The notes under the pieces: model-generated | Database searches by the model: none | Seen by the model: only the letters and a program-made list of their open reading frames with translations | Told to the model about the DNA's origin: nothing | Program-made: the position numbers and the translations under genes | Part shown: piece by piece, positions 20,477 to 30,525 of the stretch | Layout: each line of letters starts with the position of its first letter | Position numbering within the stretch: position 1 is the stretch's first letter | IMG/VR virus record: IMGVR_UViG_3300020057_000035 | Location: 1 to 64,000 of that record | Origin: a virus | Length of the DNA stretch: 64,000 bases | Direction: 5' to 3' (one strand)

Positions 20477-20734
20477 TTAAGACGAAATTTCTCGCAGCTT
20501 TGCACCGTCCCAAATTGCCCCTTCGGCAAGAATGGCGCGCGATTCGTGAGCGCGACCGCCCCGATGGGCGGTCATAACGGACATTACCACATCTGCCAAC
20601 TCGGCGCTTGATAGCTTGTCGAAAAGTGTGGGCTTGATATCCGCTATTACTGCTGCCCATGTCGCCTGTCCGGTGTGATAACCGGCCTGCTGGACGGTAC
20701 ACAGCGCCCGGTTAATTTTGACTGAATGATTCAT
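20477..20734 (-). CDS. Hypothetical protein
   Basis: GGAG RBS. Confidence 0.7.
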   Translation of the reverse strand: MNHSVKINRALCTVQQAGYHTGQATWAAVIADIKPTLFDKLSSAELADVVMSVMTAHRGGRAHESRAILAEGAIWDGAKLREISS

Positions 20735-20826
20735 GATTCTCTCCCAAAAAAAGTTAGCTGTGATTTCATTAAGACTATCTTAGCTTAAGTTTGGATTTGT
20801 GTCAAGCGCCGCTCTCGCTTGACATG

Positions 20827-20994
20827 CTACCCGTGAAGCAGAAAATACTTTCGCAGTCTTTCGCGAGATTCTTCCAATCGCTCGGCAGCGAGTTTCGCGC
20901 GAAATTCCGCAGCAAACAAGTCACGGCGAGCATCTTCGTCACGCTCTTCGTGAATTTTCATCTCGATAGTCATGTTCGTGAGTGTTCGTTTCAT
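20827..20994 (-). CDS. Chimeric micro-protein (N-terminus of 4781-4966 + C-terminus of family B)
   Basis: Direct sequence comparison. Confidence 0.7.
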   Translation of the reverse strand: MKRTLTNMTIEMKIHEERDEDARRDLFAAEFRAKLAAERLEESRERLRKYFLLHG

Positions 20995-21103
20995 GTCTTT
21001 CACTTCCTGATGTAATCTTAGCACGTCGGGGGATTTGTGTCAAGGGCGATCTGACTTGTCGATACCAGATAGTACGTATACTACTTCGTAGCGTCCCTGA
21101 CTG

Positions 21104-21418
21104 TTAGCTCTTTACTTTTACGAGCTTGCCAAAGAGCGTCTTAAAGACCGGTACACCATTGACGATAGTGTAATCAAGGTGACTGAACGATTCAGCCGCA
21201 ATGCTCACAAGACGCGCCTTAGCAGTCTCTGCCTTCTGTTCTGCCGTGAACGACGGTCGCCCACGGGGGTTAGGTGGATTGGCAAGACGTTCAGCCGCCT
21301 TGGCCTCTGCACGCTCAGCCTTGATGGCCTCAGTAAGTGGAGGGCGTCCTCGTCCACGCTTACCCTTGCCGACCTCAGTCGGAGCTTCTGATTCCCGAAT
21401 AATTTCAAGTGTCGCCAT
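21104..21418 (-). CDS. AT-hook DNA-binding protein
   Basis: KRGRGRPP and PRGRPS AT-hook motifs. Confidence 0.7.
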   Translation of the reverse strand: MATLEIIRESEAPTEVGKGKRGRGRPPLTEAIKAERAEAKAAERLANPPNPRGRPSFTAEQKAETAKARLVSIAAESFSHLDYTIVNGVPVFKTLFGKLVKVKS

Positions 21419-22078
21419 TGATTTGCCTCTTTCCTTTGTTTGCCACGTCAGATGTTGTGTTTTGTTCCTGACTCACTTAATATAAGTCAGATTTGCTTTT
21501 GTGTCAAGGGTTAATTTGACCTTTTTGAGAATTCCTTGAGGGTATTCTTGAGATTCCTGACGAGCGCCTTGGCGTCATATTCGGAGATCCACAGATCATA
21601 GCCCATATTGTCTTCCCAGAACGAAATACAGATAGGCGTATGGGCCTCTGCACTATCGAGCGTGAAGGTAGTCGAGTCAAATCTACTGTCAGTCAGCTCG
21701 ATCGTAGGGACGGGATCATGTGGGTTCTGATTTGAGATACTATTTCGTTTGATGACTTTTTCCTTGTTGTAAGGCGTTTCCCTCATCAACAATGCAATAA
21801 TAGCACGCTGGTCGATTTGCGTCAACTATTTTCTTAGGGCATAGCCCTTATTCGTTAACACCATATTGATGTCGCACCACAGTCCGCAAGGTAGCATAGC
21901 TAATCCTTGGTCAGCAGTAGCATCACACCCCAAACATCGAATTTGGGGTTCTTCCCCATCTCGCCCACAATTAGAGCAAGTGTAATGTACTCCGAATCCG
22001 TGTTTCATTTTTTCTTTCCTCAATTCCAGAGTAACTCTGTGATGCTATCATAGCATGCTGGTCGATTTGGGTCAAGTA

Positions 22079-22178
22079 GAACACTTGTTCTAATGTTTCA
22101 CGTGAAACAGTCGTCTACTATTTGTGTCAACCTACCCCACGTTATGTCAAGTGATTATGTTGATTAGAACATGGGTTC
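22079..22178. promoter_or_regulatory. parS: LexA box 22079-22090, parS 22094-22109, LexA box 22167-22178
   Basis: Exact motif matches. Confidence 0.8.
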
Positions 22179-22636
22179 TACTTTTTTTTAATGGCTTCGC
22201 GCGCCTATATATGTATATAGTAAAATCACGGGGAAAAATCTCAGTGAAATTTAAAGCGTAGCCCAATGGTTTATTTTTCACAAATACAACAATAAACTCC
22301 TGATACGCTAATACAGTGCCCATATTGTTTGCATGTTAAAAAAAGATAATTGATGTTCTTTTATTAGAATACTTCTCTTTTTCGTTCTATTGCGCTATTG
22401 GCTTTGTGTACTCTGCGCTGGTCAATTCGCTCTGCTCTATCTGCTTCTGCTCTTTGGATTGTAAAAAGACTTCTACCACTCATATTCATCTTCTTATTCT
22501 TTTGCCTTTTTGCGTCTCTTGATGTCGCGTGTTTGTCGTGAGTTTCCATTATTTTATTCCTTGTTCTGCTTTCTTAGTATAATAAGTATAGCATCCTTGA
22601 TAATTTGTGTCAAGATTTTTATGCTATCTAATTTAC

Positions 22637-22918
22637 TCAAATCTTTGCATTTTGTCTACATAGACAATCACTACCATCATAACCAGAAACTTCACCACAG
22701 TCAGGGCATTCATCAGAAAACGCTACATCTGGTGTCATTCCGTGAATAGCTTTACCTAAAGCTATTGCTTGTTTTCTGATACTTTCCCGCCACGCTCGAT
22801 CATTAGTTTCTTGAAAAACTTCTATATCAAGACCTGTATTGATATCTAATTCGGGCCAAGACAATCCATTGGAATAACCACTCCAAAATAAATTGATTAC
22901 TAACTTATTGTTTTTCAT
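22637..22918 (-). CDS. Hypothetical protein with C-terminal CPDC...CLC
   Basis: ORF track. Confidence 0.6.
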   Translation of the reverse strand: MKNNKLVINLFWSGYSNGLSWPELDINTGLDIEVFQETNDRAWRESIRKQAIALGKAIHGMTPDVAFSDECPDCGEVSGYDGSDCLCRQNAKI

Positions 22919-23408
22919 TTGATGTTTTCTTTCTGACTTGATTTATTAAAAATGAAGTTATGAAATCAAAATTATAAAATCAAAATCTATTTTTTGAGAT
23001 CTGAATTTGAAATTATAAATTTAGTTCTTTATTTTGCGTTTTAGGTTGTACAAGAGATTAAATTTAAGAGCAGTCATTTCTTGGTAATTTAATCGCACTT
23101 AGATCGTAAAGAAACGATGATTTCTTATTTAACCATTGAATATGACATTTATTACAGAAACGATTAGTCATATATGTATTTGTTCCGCAGTATTCACACT
23201 TCATTTTACAATTCCTTTTTCGTGAAGAACTTGGTTTTTACAAAACTAAAAACACTATTACTGTACTCAAAAACACAATACCCTAAGTACAGTAAAACAG
23301 GAATACCCCATAGTGAGACACTAAGACTTACTATAGGATCTGTAATATCTAAAAAGACAATCACTACTGTATAGCAAACTAATCCCAATACTAACCAAAG
23401 TCTCATTC

Positions 23409-23693
23409 TCATGCCAATCTCCTCTGTTTTCCGTTGGTATCTAGTTCTGGTGAGTACACCTTGATGTGGCTACCAAGAACTTTTACTATCCTCTTTGCCA
23501 ATTGTATTTCTGTCATAGAAGAATGATCCCACTCTCTATCTTCTACTGCGTTTACTGCAATAGAGTCTGGAAATTGCTCAGCAACATCTCCTTGGATCTG
23601 ACCCCACCATTTACCATTCTGTTTCCATAAATAGAATTTTTGGTCTGGTTCAATTATTGCGTTTGTAATGCTGATAATAGCGTCTTCTAACAT
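23409..23693 (-). CDS. Hypothetical protein
   Basis: ORF track, coupled to neighbours. Confidence 0.6.
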   Translation of the reverse strand: MLEDAIISITNAIIEPDQKFYLWKQNGKWWGQIQGDVAEQFPDSIAVNAVEDREWDHSSMTEIQLAKRIVKVLGSHIKVYSPELDTNGKQRRLA

Positions 23694-24373
23694 TATTTAT
23701 TGCTTGAAGTATTTTTGGGCGCGGTCATAGACAGAAAAATAAGTGTTTACTAGAGAGTATGGGAGTCTTTCTACGAGTTCTATTAGATTGTATTCTTCTG
23801 CTCTGCCGATTGCAATTTTTATAGCGAGTTTCTTACTAAACAAATGCGCATCGTCTTTCCTACAAAGAGCATATCCAAATTTGTCTGGCCCAATTGCTAC
23901 CACTACACCGCGTGGACTAAAATCTTTGTTCCTCAAGTATTGAATTAGAATTTTCTTACCTCTTTCTTTTGTGTTTCATTCTATGCTTATAGTAGCATAC
24001 TTGCGCTTTTGTGTCAAGCTACTTTGTATTTAGTTTGCTCAAATCTAATGAATTCTTTAGCATCTTCATATACTCCAAAGATATGAAGTCCTGTGTAGAC
24101 ACTGATAACGTGCCAAGACGACCTGACCTGAGAGCTGGTCACACCAAGAGCGTAATGAGAGTCGTGCTCCTCAATAGCAACACCGCGATAGATAGTAGTT
24201 TTCATTAACTTGTTCTTTTTCTTCCTGCTTCTGATGCAGCTCGTCCAATAATTTCAACAGCTAATTCGTTTTGTTTGATTCTTTCAACATGTCGTAATAC
24301 CGCTGCATTACTTGTGCATTGTGATGGTTGTATATGATAGTAATCAACTAAAGCCTTTATTTCTGGCCTGAGA

Positions 24374-24601
24374 TTAACCACGATGTATTCTCGCAAATTG
24401 ATGTTCAGATACTTTTACTTCTATAGTAAGATCTCCAACATCATTACATGTATAGTCTCGATAGTGTTCTTTTACTTCAGTATTTTCTGCCATTTGTATA
24501 TTACGTAATGATACCTTCATTACCGCTTCATCGACAGTTTCTGCTTCTACTTCGTAAGTTACATCCCAGATTTCAGGCACTGTGATTCTAAATGTCTTCA
24601 T
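24374..24601 (-). CDS. Small protein, DpnD/PcfM-like (V.E...YEVEAE..DEA)
   Basis: GGAG RBS; motif recognition. Confidence 0.55.
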   Translation of the reverse strand: MKTFRITVPEIWDVTYEVEAETVDEAVMKVSLRNIQMAENTEVKEHYRDYTCNDVGDLTIEVKVSEHQFARIHRG

Positions 24602-24776
24602 CCTTTTCTCCTTTGATATCTCTAGTATATCAGTTTAGATGATTTGTGTCAAGCTCAAAGATGATGTACACCTATGTCATTTAATTCTTTCTGGTGTATA
24701 TTGTGTTTGCTTCTTAAAGTCTTTCGCCCAACCTTTGTCTCTCAACGTAGCGTTGCTTCAACTCAAGAATAGCACA

Positions 24777-25113
24777 CTAGCTAATCTGTGTCAAGTGGTC
24801 TGACTCACAATCCATTGACATGGAGGATACCATTCGGTGCATTGAGAACAGCCCTTCGGCCATGGCGATGTGGACGTCGATCTCCGCCTTTGTGAGACCT
24901 GCATCCTCCAAGATTAACCGTTCGTCGATGGGAATGGTTAGAGTTCCTGAACTCTGCCATTCCTTCAAACTCCGGTGAAGCTCTTCTATTATCGCTTAGA
25001 TACAGCAGCTTCAATAGCATGGCGTGATCCATCGACTGACTATCGTTCAACCGTATCAGGAGAATCGCCGCGTCTGTCGCCTTGCTCTCATCAAAGATGA
25101 ATCTCATAGTCAT
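24777..25113 (-). pseudogene. Panacea/DUF4065 (GepA/SocA-like) antitoxin, internally deleted and frameshifted
   Basis: FDESKAT.AA...LLKLLYLSD N-terminus; EWQ..G.L.IP....IL C-terminus in another frame. Confidence 0.55.
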
Positions 25114-25383
25114 TCTTCGTCCTCTTCTTTTTCATTATAGTACTCTTGACACAATGTGTCAAGGTGTAATGTGGCAGTTTTTAGTCTGACTGCCAACAGA
25201 TCGAGACGGTCATCAGTCGTCTCTTGCTCAATTGAATTCAGGTAGAGCTTCCAATAGGGACGGTCATCACGCGCCCCACACAAAGGAGGAGTAGGTTCTT
25301 AACGATACCTACAAACGCTTAGCAGCCACGACACTGCTTCTCAATTATATTACTTACTCTTCCGCTGGGCCGTGCAGATTGTG

Positions 25384-26611
25384 TCATTGTGCGCGCCCCC
25401 ATGCTGGACCAGGGAGCAGTTCCTCGATAGGGCCGAAGTCCTTACCGAGACCGCTGGTCGTCCAGCCGAAGGAAAGGGCAATGCCTAGGGGTTTGGTGAG
25501 GGCCGCGCGGTCGAACAGCGCGAGAACATCCTTATGACTATGGGTGTCGTTGTATCTGCTGACCGCGCCGACATCACCGATCATTAAGCGCCACCCATCG
25601 CCCGGAGGCAGAGCAGAGCGAAGAGTGTCTACAGCAGCTTCAATAGCATGGCGTGATCCATCGACTGAACCGGCCAAGCCAACCATTCGACTGGTACCGA
25701 CCGCCATAGAGACAGCCTGAACTGTACAGAGCATGCGTGGCGATTGGGGTGCCTTCCCATCCCACCAATCTTCGCGATTCTCGATAAGTTGCCGCGCGGC
25801 TTTCAGGATCTCGATTGTGTCATTCATCCTCCGCACACTCTGTCTGCATAATGGCGCGGTCGAACAGCGCGAGAACATCCTCATGACTATGGGTATCGTT
25901 GTACGTGGCGAGACCGTGCCGACGCAATGTTGGTGGAAGCGCATTGAGAAGTTCGCCATAACATTCTTCCCACGCCGTGGGATAGTCAGCGCGTTTGAGT
26001 TCATGAAAATCCTTCGCCAAGGCCTGCATCACGCAAAACGTCCCGGCAGGCTGTGCCCACCAGTCCCTCCTGCCATCCCACCAGTCCTCGCGCTTCTCGA
26101 TAAGTTGCCGCGCGGCCTTCAGGATCTCGATTGTGTCATTCATTCGTTTACCTCTGTCGCCGCAATGGCGCGGTCGAATAGGGGCGAGAACGTCCTCATG
26201 GCTATGGGTGTTCCTACACTACTTATCAAGCCAGTCATATATCCCCCTCGATGCTGCATATTCACGCCTTTGATCGTCAAGTGTATTTTGCCATTCATCC
26301 TCCGCACACTCTGTCGCCGCAATGGCGCGGTCGAACAGCGCGAGAACATCCTTATGACTATGGGTGTCGTTGTATCTGCTGACCGCGCCGACATCGTCGG
26401 TCATTTTCGCGCCCGGAGGCAGGGCGGCAAACAGAGCGTCCAAAGTAAACCAACCGGCCAAGCCACCCCTTGACTGATACTGAATGCGGGCCGTGGAGAC
26501 AGCCTGCACCGCACAGAGCCGCTGTTCTACGCCCCCGCTGCCATCCCACCAATCCTCGCGCTTCTCGATAAGTTGCCGCGCGGCTTTCAGGATCTCGATT
26601 GTGTCATTCAT
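25384..26611 (-). CDS. Three tandem paralogs (25384-25827, 25820-26143, 26219-26611), DUF6197-like
   Basis: MNDTIEILKAARQLIE...WW...C..QA...YNDTHSH.DVLALFDRA in each. Confidence 0.7.
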
Positions 26612-26635
26612 TTTCTTTCTTTCTCCTAGTAAAGT

Positions 26636-26711
26636 TGGTGCCCGTGGTCAGATTCGAACTGACACTACAATCGTTTTAAGCGATTTCACTCTGCCGTTGG
26701 TGTACACGGGC
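26636..26711 (-). tRNA. tRNA with UAA anticodon (Leu), short variable loop
   Basis: Cloverleaf GCCCGTG/CACGGGC, anticodon arm AATCG-CTTAAAA-CGATT, TTCGAAT T-loop, 3' CCA. Confidence 0.85.
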
Positions 26712-27121
26712 AACAAGTTTTCATTCATCTGTTTCTTCAAGTAGTATACGTACTATCTTCTCGAACAGACCAACTGTTATAGTCGAAATTGTCAAACGTG
26801 GAACCATATGTTCGATCTACTTCTTCTCCCTCGCCCTCACACACTAGACGCCGAGCGTCATCCTCATATTTCTTCATTTTTTAATTGCCTCACTTGGCGG
26901 CGCAAGCCTTTGTGATTACAAACAATACACCTGCGATAATCATTGTCAGTGTGCCTCTTTGCACAGGCATTATGGTTGAATTTTCATTCAACCAATCTTT
27001 AAGTCGTGTGTCTGATTGATTCTGTCGATTTCGATTGTAGCTCTGTCGTTTGTTATTCACTAGGGGTATTATATCTCACTTTCGCCTTTGTGTCAAGTGG
27101 TTGCGAAAAAAATAAATTAAA

Positions 27122-27733
27122 TCAAGCTGTAATGCGGATTTTGTCAACAATTTTATCAATATCTAAGTATGCACTTTTTGCATCTTCGTATCGAAAATAC
27201 TCGTTACAAACGTACATAGCGTCCACCACCCGTGTAAATAGTTCGTCGTCGCCCAGTGCTTCTAGTGCGCTGTTTGTCTCTTCGTTATCGCCCAGATGTT
27301 CACGTAGTGCTTGTCTCACATCAGATGCGATACAATAATCCCAACACACCTTTTGTATTTCTTTTTCAAGCTCGGATAGATCCTCTGCATCAATCAAAGG
27401 ATAATCTTTTAAGGCAAGGAAGACTTCACGCATTTCTTCCGTAACACAATCTGCACGAATAACTACGCCCTCGCTGTCGTAGCTACCAATTACATGCATT
27501 ACACCTTCAATTTCACCAAATTCTCGAAGAAATACACGACAGTTGGAGCGTGTAACATGGTCACCACTATAATCTCCCCATATCAGATTATGCGGAATAT
27601 AGAATCGCGGTTCACTGCTAGGCGTCCACGATTCTACGCTACTGTAGGAATCCATATCCCAAAAATAGTGCCATCCACTAAATACGTACAGTTCACCTAG
27701 AGGATCGTTCACGCGATCATGCCATGCGATCAT
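27122..27733 (-). CDS. Acidic hypothetical protein
   Basis: 203-aa ORF. Confidence 0.75.
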   Translation of the reverse strand: MIAWHDRVNDPLGELYVFSGWHYFWDMDSYSSVESWTPSSEPRFYIPHNLIWGDYSGDHVTRSNCRVFLREFGEIEGVMHVIGSYDSEGVVIRADCVTEEMREVFLALKDYPLIDAEDLSELEKEIQKVCWDYCIASDVRQALREHLGDNEETNSALEALGDDELFTRVVDAMYVCNEYFRYEDAKSAYLDIDKIVDKIRITA

Positions 27734-28001
27734 ATTGTGACACTCCGAATTTCAGTGCCAACGCTATCTGATACCAGTCTACCACGCGAAGCGCACTGTT
27801 CAGTAGATCCGAATAGATCCCGTTAGGAAGATCGGGCATACTCTCTGAGTGATGCCGTTCTAGCTTGTGCGTCAGATCGTGTACGTTGTCACACATTCGC
27901 GCTGTCTCTGCCCAATACTCCTGGCTACCTTGGTCGTTGTCGATCCACAATTTCGCCGCCCAAGTTTCGTAGTTCGCCCAACCGTTGTATTTACCGTCCA
28001 T
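27717..28001 (-). CDS. YNGWxNYETW-family protein
   Basis: Paralog of 3774-4103. Confidence 0.75.
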   Translation of the reverse strand: MDGKYNGWANYETWAAKLWIDNDQGSQEYWAETARMCDNVHDLTHKLERHHSESMPDLPNGIYSDLLNSALRVVDWYQIALALKFGVSQYDRMA

Positions 28002-28523
28002 ATCTACGGATCATCCTTTCGTCCACTCTGTCGGCGCGTTCGCCATTATCTAACGCTAGTTCTATAGCGTATCTCTCCTCAGAACTAAGCGCCGAACATT
28101 CGACACCTAGCCATGCGGAACGATGAAGCTTTACCCTATACCCTTCGTTCTGTTCTTGGAATACGCTAGGGTAAACTCCCGTCAACGTTTCAATCGCGCG
28201 CGCCAAGCGTAGACTGTATCGGCGATCATGCCATGCGATCATATTGTGACACTCCGATCCATCAATTCAGGGCGGAATGGCATGCTGATGCGCGAAGTGT
28301 GTTCTATGCAATACAGGAATATATTGCCATATGCGGATATGTAAGCAGATACAGCGGGCAGTGTGCATGCGCCGAATCGACAATCAGTCTGTTGTAGATA
28401 GTACGCGGTTAAGCGTGCGTAAGTTTGTTCGGATCGTTCATCAGTCGTTTGTTTCGTGATCGTGATCATTGTTTCTACTCTTCCCCTAGTGCGTTTAGTT
28501 TTCCTTTTTTTGCATTGTGTCAA

Positions 28524-28778
28524 ATAGTGGGACGAATATAGGGCGCGGATTTTATCCCGTCTTTATAAAAATTCCCTATACTCAATGCATGACGTGATCA
28601 GCGTCTACACTTAAAGCCGTCGCTTCATCCCATAATTAAATTAGATTCCGATACTGTTCGATTTCTTTTGATCTATATGGATACAACGTACAAGGTTCTG
28701 ATTTGACCAGAACGCTCAGGGACGGATACTCTATAGACTAAGTGTGTGTCACCAGTGGAATATCTAACTTAACTTCCT
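28524..28778 (-). ncRNA. Candidate structured ncRNA cassette
   Basis: Promoter 28780-28809; AGTTAAGTTAGAT/ATCTAATTTAATT and TGGGATGA/TCGTCCCA stems; no ORF in the track. Confidence 0.45.
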
Positions 28779-28938
28779 GTATCTTACCACCTAAGGTGGT
28801 TTGTGTCAAGCAGGAATTTCCAAAAAAGCTGAACCTTCCGTCTCAACATAATCAAAAAAATCTTCGTTGACTTTTAACTTCATTTTCTTTCCTTTGTGTT
28901 CTTATCTTACTACCTAAGGTGGTTTGTGTCAAGTACCT

Positions 28939-29157
28939 TTAGAAAATTAACACCTCTTTCTTTTCCACAAAAGGAAACCAATGGGTAATGTGCTTACACC
29001 TATCATTTCTGTAGACAAAATCAGGACAACTACACTTAGCTACACTGATTGGATCAGTGTAGATAAAGTAATTATTAGTCTCTCCTATAATTTCCCACAC
29101 ATTATTCCTAATTTTACGAAGTGGGAATCTACCTTCTGTCCAATCATCAGGTTTCAT
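28939..29157 (-). CDS. SWIM zinc-finger protein
   Basis: CSCPDFVYR...CKHI. Confidence 0.8.
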   Translation of the reverse strand: MKPDDWTEGRFPLRKIRNNVWEIIGETNNYFIYTDPISVAKCSCPDFVYRNDRCKHITHWFPFVEKKEVLIF

Positions 29158-29516
29158 TTGCTTTTCCTTTTTGCCGCTTCTTTATAGTCTAGGAGATCTG
29201 ATTCTAAAGATTGTCTGCTTATCCCCGCAAGAGTATTGTCGATAAGCTTCTTTAATCCAAACCTTGTATTTCAAAGTTCTTGTCCTATCTCTTCGTTATA
29301 TGTTTCGAATGCTCTATCTAATAGGTTTTGAAGCCTGAGTGTAAGATATGAGACGGTATTGGCGTTTGGTTGATTATGTGAAGCACGAACGAATCCGATA
29401 ACTTCACTAATGATTTGAATGTTCTGTTTGTATTGTTCTAGGTTAGTCATATCTATAGTCTACCTCCTTTTGCGTTTTGTGTCAAGAGGTATACCAATAT
29501 ATCTTTTGCCTCTCTC

Positions 29517-30050
29517 TCATCGTCCTACATAGCCATAAGCAATACCTTCGGCAGACGATTCCCTCAAAGCACGCCGGAGACGCTTCCGCCAAATTGATGC
29601 TAATTCACTATGAGTAATATCAAGAAATAAACTCAAGGAATACCACGGATTCTTCTCATAATCAACATGAAGGTTATATTTCTTGATCATATCTATAGCC
29701 GTTTTGTTTAATCTAATGTAATCTTCTTTTTCTGCTACTCTGATAATACTCCAACTCATTCTTTTTCTATCCCTTTCTTCACTTCTTTTCTTTATTGCCT
29801 CGGCAGTTCCGTGTGGTGTACCATCTAATCTATCATTATTACAAATATAATGTGTTAGTCGTAGATTGGTATATGCGTTTGAGCCACCACTACTTCTAGC
29901 AAGAATGTGATCTAGTGTTGCTCCCATTTTATGCATTTTTCCGGCTATACACTTAATAGATGGATCAATTGGATTCATACATATCTGACAAACCCAACCA
30001 AATTCTTTAATTAACCTAATCTTAATTTTTTTTCTTTGTCTACTATTTAT
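29517..30050 (-). CDS. HNH endonuclease (frame open upstream of the called ATG and including CQIC; start uncertain)
   Basis: TLDHILARSSGGSN...NLRLTHYICN. Confidence 0.8.
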   Translation of the reverse strand: MNSRQRKKIKIRLIKEFGWVCQICMNPIDPSIKCIAGKMHKMGATLDHILARSSGGSNAYTNLRLTHYICNNDRLDGTPHGTAEAIKKRSEERDRKRMSWSIIRVAEKEDYIRLNKTAIDMIKKYNLHVDYEKNPWYSLSLFLDITHSELASIWRKRLRRALRESSAEGIAYGYVGR

Positions 30051-30525
30051 TTTTATACCCTATTGTCATGTATACCTGATTGGCGCGTTTCACGTCTACA
30101 TGTAGATTAGCTTGAGTTAGTCTTTGTGTCAACAGTGTGTCACTTTTTATTTCGTGTCTGAGGAACTGTAGGAACACGTTTTCAGCCTCTTTTAGAAAAA
30201 AGTAGTAGTTAGGTAGCTCTTCGTCCCTCAATGCCACCTGTGGGCGTTCCTACGGCTTCTCAGAGGTATTGTAGGTATAGTCCGCTAGGGATGTTAGACC
30301 GCTCTGAAGACTTTCTTGTTTCTTATGCCCAAAGTAAAGACAAGGTAAAGATTTTGCTCTTTTCAAAAGTTTTGTCCACAGATCTGGCTCAACCTCTGTA
30401 TTATATAGGATACCAGTTTTATTCCTTGTGTTGTTTATTTCGTCAATTAAACTTTAGGTAGAAAATTAGAAGATGATACTTGATTTTGAGTAACCAAGCC
30501 CGCTCGACTTGGTTCTCGTTTTCGA

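Noticed and set aside
2817-21024. Shared N-terminal peptides MLRLHQEV / MTQIP in the ORF track as a signal or leader family
   Set aside because: They are translations of the promoter repeat from GTG/TTG upstream of the likely transcription start; real starts follow the RBS
895-21045. CRISPR array interpretation of the ~44-bp repeat
   Set aside because: Spacers are 40-400+ bp, variable, mostly coding with an RBS; the repeat is a non-palindromic -35/-10 promoter; no cas genes in the window
30086-30101. Additional parS sites at 30086 and 34135
   Set aside because: Only half-site matches
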